A stretch of 42,462 nt of DNA, from assembly GCA_032718475.1 (NCBI GenBank), contig JAUCBJ010008233.1:1-42462 (forward strand). The letters are read 5' to 3'. The translations under genes were made by a program, and so were the position numbers. Source of the DNA: Nemertoderma westbladi. Taxonomy: Eukaryota; Animalia; Xenacoelomorpha. Below are positions 34,201 through 42,462 of this stretch, piece by piece. The notes beneath the pieces are model-generated. The model worked only from the letters and a program-made list of their open reading frames with translations. It ran no database searches and was not told the DNA's origin. Each line of letters starts with the position of its first letter. Position 1 is the first letter of the stretch.

Positions 34201-35237
34201 TCGACTCCGGTTAAACTCGAGGAAGGATCGACTCCGGTTAAACTCGAGGAAGGATCGACTCCGGTTAAACTCGAGGAAGGATCAACTCCGGTTAAACTCG
34301 GGGAAGGATCGACTCCGGTTAAACTCGAGGAAGGATCGACTCCGGTTAGACTCGAGGAAGGATCGACTCTGGTTAAACACGAGGAAGGATCGGCATCGGT
34401 TGAGGTCAAGGACGGATCGACTCCGGTTAAACTCGAGGAAGGATCGACACTGGTTAAACTCGAGGAAGGATCGACTCCGGTTGAACTTGGGGGAGGATCG
34501 ACTCCAGTTGAAGTCGAGGAATGATCGGCACCGGTTGAGCTAGATGAAGGATCGACTCCGGTTGAAGTCGAGGAAGGGTCGGCTCCGCTTAAACTCGAGG
34601 AAGGATCAACTCCGGTTAAACTCGGGGAAGGATCGACTCCGGTTAAACTCGAGGAAGGATCGACTCCGGTTAGACTCGAGGAAGGATCGACTCTAGTTGA
34701 ACACGAGGAAGGATCGGCATCGGTTGAGGTCAAGGACGGATCGACTCCGGTTAAACTCGAGGAAGGATCGACACCGGTTAAACTCGAGGAAGGATCGACT
34801 CTGGTTGAACTTGGGGGAGGATCGACTCCAGTTGAAGTCGAGGAATGATCAGCACTGGTTGAGCTAGATGAAGGATCGACTCCGGTTGAAGTCGAGGAAG
34901 GATCGGCTCCGGTTAAACTCGAGGGACGATCGACTCCGGTTAAACTCGAGGAAGGATCGACTCCAGTTGAAGTCGAGGAATGATCGGCACCGGTTGAGCT
35001 CGATGAAGGATCGACTCCGGTTGAAGTGAAGTCGTGCGTATCGGTGCACGATTGAGCGGATGGAGTGCCTGAGTCCCGGCGGAGGTCCTCTGGGAATATC
35101 GCTTTTCCTTTTAAATCTAAAAGGCGCATAGCACGCTTGAGTTTTTCTGGACGAGATCCCGTAGTGGTTAAATCGTTCTTGTCAAGGAACCGTTTCAGTG
35201 TCTCCGTGTTCATTTTACGGAGACGAGTGTAATCCAT
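31233..35237 (-). CDS. LINE ORF1 (1334 aa): SAP domain, 9-aa Ser/Thr repeats, Ulp1/SENP (C48)-like protease, coiled coil, C-terminal RRM-like motif
   Basis: SAP-like LRKMNTETLKRFLDKNDLTTTGSRPEKLKR; (TGVDPSSSL)n; WINDDVVD...NHWVL...PQQPEHDYVNCGIY; heptads LSVLENENTVLKESVCNLKDEL; LLGSSFWPHYINCRKW, typical of LINE ORF1 C-termini. Confidence 0.88.
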   Translation of the reverse strand: MDYTRLRKMNTETLKRFLDKNDLTTTGSRPEKLKRAMRLLDLKGKAIFPEDLRRDSGTPSAQSCTDTHDFTSTGVDPSSSSTGADHSSTSTGVDPSSSLTGVDRPSSLTGADPSSTSTGVDPSSSSTSADHSSTSTGVDPPPSSTRVDPSSSLTGVDPSSSLTGVDPSLTSTDADPSSCSTRVDPSSSLTGVDPSSSLTGVDPSPSLTGVDPSSSLSGADPSSTSTGVDPSSSSTGADHSSTSTGVDPPPSSTGVDPSSSLTSVDPSSSLTGVDPSLTSTDADPSSCLTRVDPSSSLTGVDPSSSLTGVDPSPSLTGVDPSSSLTGVDPSSSLTGVDPSSSLTGVDPSSSLTGVDPSSSSTGVDPSSSLTGVDPSSSLTRVDPSSSLTGVDPSSSLTEVDSSSSLTGVDPSSIAVSGNLSNKNQSTHITKITDFFRKKHKPEITIPETIDLTEDDPEHKHVSFDNSVVVIDDVTLGGNLNPKVRHAYNEATNDAGTGYDVYPDNNLNMCERDIPSEIRIFIDSICTTAPNYPVPAKESLKCLELNYSEPKKQEEIINTANLWINDDVVDGFLGLICRQYPHTAPILTTLTYNLRRPGHDQLIAVQYVARHYIARHTKHRPHLIFFPECTKNHWVLHVADLQIKTVKLLSSKGSSMPTNTTFAIADLLSLIDCNSDWNISDSSSRKWIVAGGTPPYPQQPEHDYVNCGIYLCLYALAQAQGSSTISPIYHDSTAARHWVLSCLKNCKLMEHPQVICDRTYVPPTQVKNNSSLTTESNEISSSTGVANVKIGYLEYENTIYDESGVQHQQSRILPPPAIPHPSKSKPSGSASHTKIQPSSTNAQFPQTSTQLSSQSMNNETLSHRTYSIDFTNIIKSNRKKALKMISQENKPKLHCARDELLIDVKRLMHPTQSSTFEVISRNSIKELCIDIYELLMCIKENLFTELCRKRLRKCNISTSSVKVEDNATDQLRLDLVHSVATIQARLSVLENENTVLKESVCNLKDELNHERHARIVLEATLTSNINTNNIHSFDHHNKTENHNYMKEADGPYRKQTNPASVDVDRHRHPTLKSSRSNQQNTNLFSTNKSRKPQNNINHHNGTSRQIPKLNLGSGRDHRQQPQPTTTCYNYYDSLGPFNEVQNNVAHSRSSRNMDHNREDTRTTTGNNNPWQNTKRNNRAFGHSETISKEKQNDAYKVIHNGGISSQPGSSDKQTQHNRKGYVLNNPYSYLQVTADRRDIDLLGIEKLIRNRGIHLHRISSVHTDGNTTSLRITTDASAQSTLLGSSFWPHYINCRKWNIMNITATANNITKFGGNKYVQNASNNRVTVSRRQQYV
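34000..35025 (-). repeat. In-frame 27-bp coding tandem repeat (~38 units) with a 324-bp higher-order duplication
   Basis: Unit (+) AAACTCGAGGAAGGATCGACTCCGGTT. The diagnostic variant GAACTTGGGGGAGG occurs at 34483 and 34807 (offset 12 x 27). Confidence 0.93.
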
Positions 35238-35529
35238 ATCCAGAAATACGTGGACGCTAGCACTCGTCTATACGCCCGTTCTGTCTATCCGAGGGATCGC
35301 TTGTTGAGGTCTCTGACGTGGTTGTAGGCTACGAACCCGGCCTCCAGCGAGTATTCTCTGCCAGAAACCTTCGCGCGCGTATTACAGTAGGTACAGCAAA
35401 TAAAATAAAATAAAATCGGAGATAAAATTATGAGTCTGACAGTATTGTCGTGTAGTACAGCGGTACAGCAGTATTAATTAAAATAATTGTGAAATAAAAG
35501 CATATCTACATCCAAAAAAGTTTTAACAA

Positions 35530-38431
35530 TCGTCAGCCAAGGAGTAAACCGCATTGCAATTGACGACGTCGATCTCGATTACATAAGTGTTAAACTATCG
35601 AGTCCAACCAACCCATCGTTCCATGGGACAATACAGGATGTCCTACCGGACAGCAGTGACTGGGCTACGGTTGTTATCAGTGAGATTATGTTCCGAAATT
35701 CAGGGTCCAACAAGCTGACCTCTTCCCGTACAACAGTCTCAAACTCATTGCAGCAAACAAACTCCCACTACGTATACTCAGACAATACCCAATTAAAATC
35801 ACGTATTCGGGGGAAACAGCGCACACCCATCTGGTCTTCCCTCCGGAAGTCAACGGCCTCATACTCTCGAAACAAGTTGCCAAGGACCTTGGAATCATTC
35901 CCAAGAACTTCCTGACTCAAATCATATGCCATGCCAATGTCACTTTCATGGCACCCGGGCAGCACACCGGCAGTCCCATGGAACTTCTCACTGAATTCGC
36001 CGACTTTTGTTTTGCCGTTTACGCCGAATTTCGTAGGTGTGTATACCTGCGCAACTTAAATAATCAGGTCAGGAGACCCAACTATCCAACTCCTAGCCCA
36101 TATGGCTTGCGCCAATATCCCACCATCAGCTCACATATTTTCTGCCTTCAACGCCGCATCGGGATACTGGCAGGTGCCACTCGATGAGGAATCGCAACCC
36201 CTCACCATATTCCATATTCGCGACCCCATGGGGTCAATACAAGCACCTATGCAGCCCAATGGGACTCATTTCATCTGGGGATGAATATAACCAATGGGGC
36301 AATGATGCTCTGCTCGGTCTCCCTAACACAGTTAAACACATAGATGACATACTCCTCTATGACTCAACCATAGAGGAACACATCGCACACTTACGCGTGT
36401 TCCTTAACTGCTGTTGCATACACGGCATCTGCCTCCACCCTGGTAAAACCCAACTTGCCCAGCCTGAGGTTCGGTTAGCGAGATACATATTTGGCGCCTC
36501 TGGAGTAAAAGCAGAACCCGCAAAACTACGCGCGATCTCCAGTTTCCCATGCCAAGCCAACCCCACCATCACCAACTTAAACAGTTTTGTCAGACTAGCT
36601 GAGCAACTGGTGGTTTTCAGCGCCAACCTACTGTAGCTTCTATACTCGGTCCATTGCATCCTCTCCTAAGAACTCCTCAAAAGTATCCAAAAAACTCATT
36701 TATATGGACAATGGACCACAACCTCACCTTTGAAGCAACTAAAAAGGCGCTCACATCGCCCCTGATCCTTACAACATTCGACTCTACTGGAAATGGCGAT
36801 CCAAACGAACGCCTCCTATCTCCATGGACTTGGATACGCCCTGCTACAATGACACGGTGAAACCTGGAGATTCGACGAATCCACCGAGATGGAGGCACAT
36901 TACGCAATGGTGGAACTCGAACTGCTTGCCACAGTGTGGGTAATAAACAAATGTCGATTATTTCTGTTGGGAATTCCCCACTTCGAACTTATTGTTGACC
37001 ACCAGCCACTGGTGACAATAATAGTCAAATATACACTTGACGCCACCAACAACATCCACCTCCAGCGTTTGAAGGCTAAACTCTCCCCATACATCTTCAC
37101 AATGATATGGAAGAAGGGGAAATCCTACCTCATTCCTGACGCCCTCTCACTCGCTCCCATCGATGACCCCAGGGTAATGACGTCACAGACGATGGAGAAA
37201 TCTCAGTGTATATCTGTGCAACCACCCTTAATGCAGTAGCCATAATCCAGGACCATGCACCGGGCTACCTTGCAGACCCTCCCCTGGATTCCCTGGCTAA
37301 CACAGCAAAAGATGACCCCAACTACGTCATCTTACACCGCGCTGTCGAGACCGGATTTCCCACCACCTTCCACTCGGACCCAGCTGCTGGAATGTATTGG
37401 GCGATCCGGGATGAACTTGCCACGGATGGCGACCTCGTTTTATTTGGGAGTCACATCGTAATCCCCACCGCCACCCACAAAGAGACACTGCGAACTCTCC
37501 ATGCCTCCAACCAGGGTATCGAGCGTACACTGCGTCGAGCCCGTCAATGCGTCTTTTGGCCTGGACTTACCAATCATGTCACTACGCGCCTGTGACGAAT
37601 GTCGAATGTCTCACCCAATGCCAAAGCTTTGGAAAAGAAACCTCCACCAGCGACCCACCAGCAACTCGACCATTCGAGAAATGTCAGCCGACCTTTTTGC
37701 CCTAGATAGAAAACAATTTATGGTGATGGTCGATCGTTACTCCAGGTGGCCGGAAGTCCACCAATTACATCATACCCCACCGCAGACCATACAATACGTG
37801 CCATCCACGAAATATTTATCTGGTTTGGCGTTCCAATCCAATTACGTTCCGATGGAGGAATACAGTTTAATAAGGCTGCGTTCAGCATGTTTCTTAAACA
37901 CTGGGGTGTCACACCAGTGACGTCATCACTAGAATACCCCCAGAGTAACGGCCCCGCTGAGGCTGCCATTAAGGCCCTGAAAGGACTCCTTTCGAAGACA
38001 GGGGCTTCCATACAGTCTCCAGAATTCCTGAAATGCCATTCGGACATCGCTCCCGAGTACCAACACACCATCATGGTGGTGCCACACACCTCCCACCCCT
38101 AGTCGTGGGTACACTATTAAGGGTACAACACCCCACTACTAAACGATGGGACCATGGTGGAAGGCCACCTGGTGGAAACCATCGACCACTGGAAATACCG
38201 TGTCCGGATGCTGTCCGGAATCGCCGACACGTGTTGGTTAACACAGCAACGGCGTCATCGACAGAAACGCCCACGACAACAATGAAATCACCCACACGTG
38301 ACGTGAGCTGGGACACACCCCTCACAGACACGCGGGACGCCCCAAAGACATATCCACACTGCGCACGCCGCCAACCTAACAGACTGTTGTGTGTGATGAT
38401 ATGGATTGCCCCACATATGCCAACTATATAG
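35530..38431 (+). pseudogene. pol: Degenerate Gypsy (Mag/K02A2.6-like) pol: protease-RT-RNase H-integrase
   Basis: VLPDSS (protease remnant), ASGYWQVPLDEES, TPWGQY..PMGL, HIDDILL, YAMVELELLATVW, VDHQPL, LHASNQGIERTLRRAR..FWPG, ADLF..VDRYS, SDGGIQF, YPQSNGPAE. Many frameshifts and stops. Confidence 0.93.
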
Positions 38432-38629
38432 GCTCGCCCCAGATCATAGATAAAAAGATACGTGATCTACCGCTACGTGGCACGACAGTTATTCATTGAT
38501 GTTGTGCTACTGTTGTACACTGTTAGTAATAGGCTGACTTTATTACAATATACAAGACATCCGAGATATCAAATCTCCGATATTTATGTACCATGATCCT
38601 CAGCACATTACATTATATAAATTACTATT

Positions 38630-38818
38630 CATGAGAGGAAGTGATTGCCATTATCCGTCGCTCATTTAATCTGATCGGTGTTGAGCAAAGGATCGGTAAT
38701 AAAACTGCAAAACGTACATACTGTACAATACGTTTGGGCCCAACTACATATATCATATATGTGGATGGTTGGGATAAACTTAAGGTTTATGGTTTTGCGG
38801 TTCATGGTTGTTCAGGGA
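38630..38818 (+). pseudogene. Fragment of an IS3EU-like (integrase-core) transposase
   Basis: GVEQR...KRTYCTIRLGPTTYIIYVDGWDKLKVYGFAVHGC resembles the recalled RR.Y...GPN..WH.DG.DKL.P.GF.IHGCIDG motif. Confidence 0.6.
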
Positions 38819-40416
38819 TGTACCCTATAGATACAAAGATCATACAAAATTTTGCGGCTTGGTTGTGCGTGTGCGTGCCTGCGTGGTGCGTCAACAATTA
38901 ACGTCCCGTTTGTTGTCTGAAATAACTTTATCCTCCGTGTAGTCGAACAACTTAGAAGACTACATTAGCTACCGGTACATTTAACAACTACATTATGAAC
39001 ATCTACACATTGAATGAATATTTTGAATATTTTCAGGAAAAAATATTCCTAATTTCTTTTCTGGAAAATATATTCCTAAATTTTTCTGGGAGAAATATTC
39101 ACAATTTGTTCTCACAGCAAATATTATAGGTATATTTTGTATGGCCCCAAATGATGTATGATGAGGCGAGATATTAATTCGCGAGAAATTAATTATGGGA
39201 TTTGCATCCACTTTCCACCTCACCCTCCCTCTTTTTATAATTTATTTTTACAATGCCATTTTTTAAAAGATGGTTCACATTACCTTACTGAATTAATAAC
39301 ATTTTCTTTTAATGCCTACAATGATGGACTGTGGTTTGTTGGTACTGATAGAAAGCTGGTCATGCTCTATGTAACACAAACTGAATTTCGTTGTAAACTA
39401 GCTGAAATGTGGGCATTCGAAAATTTAATGGTTTTGGAGGCTATTTAAAAAAATTCAAACTCCAGAAACCGCCAGCTAGGTTGCTGCAGAGATCCACTTA
39501 TGCATCATCGATCCATGCGGAACTCTCAATCCGATTACGTTATTACCCCCCCCCCCCCCCCCCCCCCCAACCTTATTTAAGTAGAACCTATCATTGTGGT
39601 GCACTGTGTAAAACTAACTCAGCTGCAATAATAGTACCTACTGTAACTTTTAACATTTTACTTTTTTTAATTTTAAACTATTTTTTAACCTTAATTAAAT
39701 CCTTTTATCACAATGTACAGTTTTGACCTTGTTCCTTAAATATCTACATTTTAATAAATAATTTGGGGCCTATAGATAGAATATATAATTAATATATTAT
39801 TATGATAATATAAAGAAGTTCCTCTGTCTCCCTAGAAACGTCTTGAATAGCAAGGTTATACTCATATGCGGCCTGACTCTTAACAGAGATAGTGAAAGCC
39901 GGCATCAGTCGAACTGAAGCATATTAATGTTATGTTGAGAATGTCTTTCAAAAACTTGTTGATGCGTAAGACGAACTATCCGAAACGCCACCACATCACA
40001 AGACTCAGCTATCACGGGTTTCACCATAAACTCTGCTATGAATAACAGTAAACTCTGTGGGAAGCAGTGCATTCTTCAACAAGCGTTGGAATGCAGCAAA
40101 ATTAAATCGTTGGAAGACCTTGACAGCCTGTAACTTTATTATTACAATTTATTTACTTATGTATTTTAAGTTCTCTTTTTATCATCTATTTTTTATCATA
40201 TCCATTTTACCATATCATATCCATAGCAAATCTATTCAGATTTCAATAAAAGCTATTAGTTTTCTGTGCCGGTTACGTCACTATTTTAAAATTATTACTT
40301 AATTTATTTGTGAAAAATTTATTTGTTGTGGTTCCAATAGAAGGAAATATAATTCAGATCACAGCTTTATTTCCTAAAAAACCCGGCCATGGCCAAAGTA
40401 AAGTTAAGGTGTATTA

Positions 40417-42459
40417 GGGTAATTCCATGTGACTCCTGGGACAGAGAGGCCAAAGGTTCCTCCATTTGAACATGGTTTAAGGAGATGTATAACAAGCATA
40501 TGTAAAACTTGCTATTGGAATGCAACCATGGATAATGTAGGCTGCAAAATTAATAAAGAACATCATGATATGAATCATTTGAACCATTTTGTGAGCGTTT
40601 TTATGCGTGTGACTACGGGGACATGAAAAAAGACACGAATTTTCGACCGTTTTTTTATTTATTTGCTGTCAGCAGCCATCGAAAGATACTGGTTTCAATG
40701 ATATTTTATGTTGCCACAGCACAACCAAAGTTTGTTTTTAGAGTATTCCCGAGTTCAAAGGGTAATTGGCGTTGCTGCAGCAGAGATTGCTGAGTGTGAC
40801 TGCTGGGACGTGACTACCGGGACAGCATGTCCCATTTTACAATATAGTTCAACAATCCTAATTATACCCATGTGTGATTGAAGTGAATACATGTTTATAC
40901 GAAAATAATAATTTTAATCCCATGAATTCAATAAATCCCTAGATGAGCTGTGAATTTGGATTTGTTGTGACTTCTGGGACATTGATCTATATTTGATAAG
41001 TTAGCCCGTTAGTCCAGTATTAGAGCACGATCTCGGTGTACCGAGATATAAGGAACTAAAATCAAGTAGTATTACAACGACAATCGAGAGAGAGATATTA
41101 CATTTAATCACGAAATTAGTCAATTTACTGATAATAATTTGTGACTACCGGGACAATTTATCATACTAATTTATCATTATCATTCAATTTATCTAATCTG
41201 GCATGTGTCCATCAACAAATGACCCAATATCAAAACGATACAGTTTCTGACTCCTTACAGTACCACCCATAGGCGTAGGTCTTGCCAACACCTTTACTAC
41301 TGAGCGATGCGGCTGCAACCCAAACTCTGACTCTAGCTTGAAGGTCGCTGATCCAGGGAGTTTTATATCACTGCGAATGCGAGAAGCAAACTGCACTTCA
41401 AGTTCCCCCTCCTCACGAATCTTAACTAACAACGACACAAAGTTTTTGACAACTCTATCTCCAGGGACAGAAACTAGTAGCCAATCACCTACTTCGACAA
41501 CAGACTCATCAATGTTTACAACAGAATTCTCAGTATCCTGTACTTCAGACACGGTATCAATATGGTTAGTGCTGTCAGTGTTCGTTCGAACATTGTGAAC
41601 GGGGTTGCTAAATTGATGAATAACCGGTTTGCCATCGACGAAGGTAATTTGGTGAGATGACAAGATTCCAATCAAAGGAGTTGCTGCTGCAAAGTGAGTT
41701 GCAATATCAGTTTTAGATGCTGGTAAAGGGTGTAAACTGCGATCGCGATGGGTTTTAGTGACTTCCTGGACAAGAAAAATTAATTTTTTTGCAATAATGG
41801 TACAATTTTGCACAGATTGATGTGCCTATAACTTTCCTATAAAGTAATTTCATTGTTTGAATACGTGCGACTTTCTATGTATAAGAAATATAGACAATTG
41901 TGTGACATGTGTTGAAATGTGACTCGCGGGACAAAATTTTATCACTCATTGCTACATCCAATGTTAACACTACGATGTAATAATCTATATGCAGTGGAGA
42001 CCCATGTCATACATTAGGAAAATCTGCCACTGTTTGCCACATACACTCCGATTTATTTTCTTAATGGAAACTTTTCATACTATTTTGTGACTTCCGGGAC
42101 ACGATTTCAGGGATGTTTTTGAGTGCCATGCTCTGCTTTATAATATGTAGCACAGGCCTAAATCTCTAGTATATGAAAGGTGTACATATTGCCTGTTTGT
42201 AAACAAAAAATATTCGTTCCAGTCTGCAATCTAGTACTATTGCTTAGCATATTATATTTACATACCGTTTTTCACTACGACTTAAAAACATGTTGCCTTT
42301 ACTTTAAAACATCGAAAAAATTTTAATGTTGCATTAAAAGTGATATGTTCTCCATTTTCATACATTTCAACTATCCCCAGCACCGATTTCATAACAAATT
42401 TTGATGATTCCGGACTTTTATATTCCCATGGTCGTGTCCCATTTTCTGTGGAATTGCCC
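40417..42459 (-). mobile_element. Internally deleted TIR DNA transposon, Sola2-like (2043 bp)
   Basis: TIRs GGGTAATTCCA / TGGAATTGCCC. The left flank is ATTA and the right flank ATT (window ends), consistent with a 4-bp TSD. Nine internal GTGACT-N3-GGGACA-like motifs. Confidence 0.75.
41193..41813 (-). pseudogene. C-terminal remnant of a transposase (Tudor-like tail domain; no DDE core seen)
   Basis: VEVGDWLLVSV...LEVQF...VVKVLARPTPMGG...LYRF resembles the C-terminal domain of Sola2/pogo-type transposases. It lies between the TIRs. Confidence 0.55.
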
Positions 42460-42462
42460 ATT

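Larger units (their letters stand above)
27951..35527 (-). mobile_element. Apparently full-length two-ORF non-LTR retrotransposon (APE-RT; RTEX-like), antisense in the host intron
   Basis: 5' UTR (5' end approximate), ORF1, overlapping ORF2, ~200-bp 3' UTR with a CGCCT-N3-AGGCG hairpin (27963-27975) and an (AAT)n tail (27951-27960). No TSD seen. Confidence 0.88.

Noticed and set aside
33973-34543. + strand ORFs (EEGSTPVKL and RKDRLRLNS repeats)
   Set aside because: Antisense shadows of the 27-bp repeat in LINE ORF1.
39547-39568. Long C/G homopolymers (also ~7948-7966 and ~12530-12549)
   Set aside because: Simple runs with unreliable sequenced length; no supportable function.
39820-40130. 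Possible next SLK exon after CCCTAG (~39835)
   Set aside because: The phase-compatible frame gives no RQELREL-like coiled coil and hits a stop; more likely decayed repeat.

Overview
Eukaryotic (invertebrate-like animal) genomic DNA, not prokaryotic. The window lies inside a large + strand host gene. Three phase-compatible exons (10948-11178, 14969-15682, 16037-16182) encode a low-complexity linker ending in KSLKRTRKFVVDGVERTTTTQKV, which matches the SLK/STK10/Slik Ste20-kinase motif that precedes the coiled-coil tail. The introns are filled with nested mobile DNA: (1) an antisense BEL/Pao-like LTR retrotransposon with a 580+ aa gag-like ORF absent from the ORF track and an LTR carrying a tRNA-like Pol III cassette; (2) a decayed FLYWCH-MULE transposon; (3) LINE and SINE fragments; (4) a Harbinger MITE; (5) an apparently intact antisense two-ORF LINE whose ORF1 carries SAP and Ulp1/SENP-like protease domains; (6) a Gypsy pol pseudogene; (7) an IS3EU-like fragment; (8) a Sola2-like deletion derivative. 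About 16 kb is minisatellite. A 36-bp family occurs as two inverted arrays bracketing the three exons, a 49/40-bp array grew from a SINE 3' hairpin, and a ~7-kb array consists of ~150 copies of the host exon's own 3' end plus splice donor. Family assignments come from motif recall, not database searches. The long ORFs called inside the satellites are artefacts.
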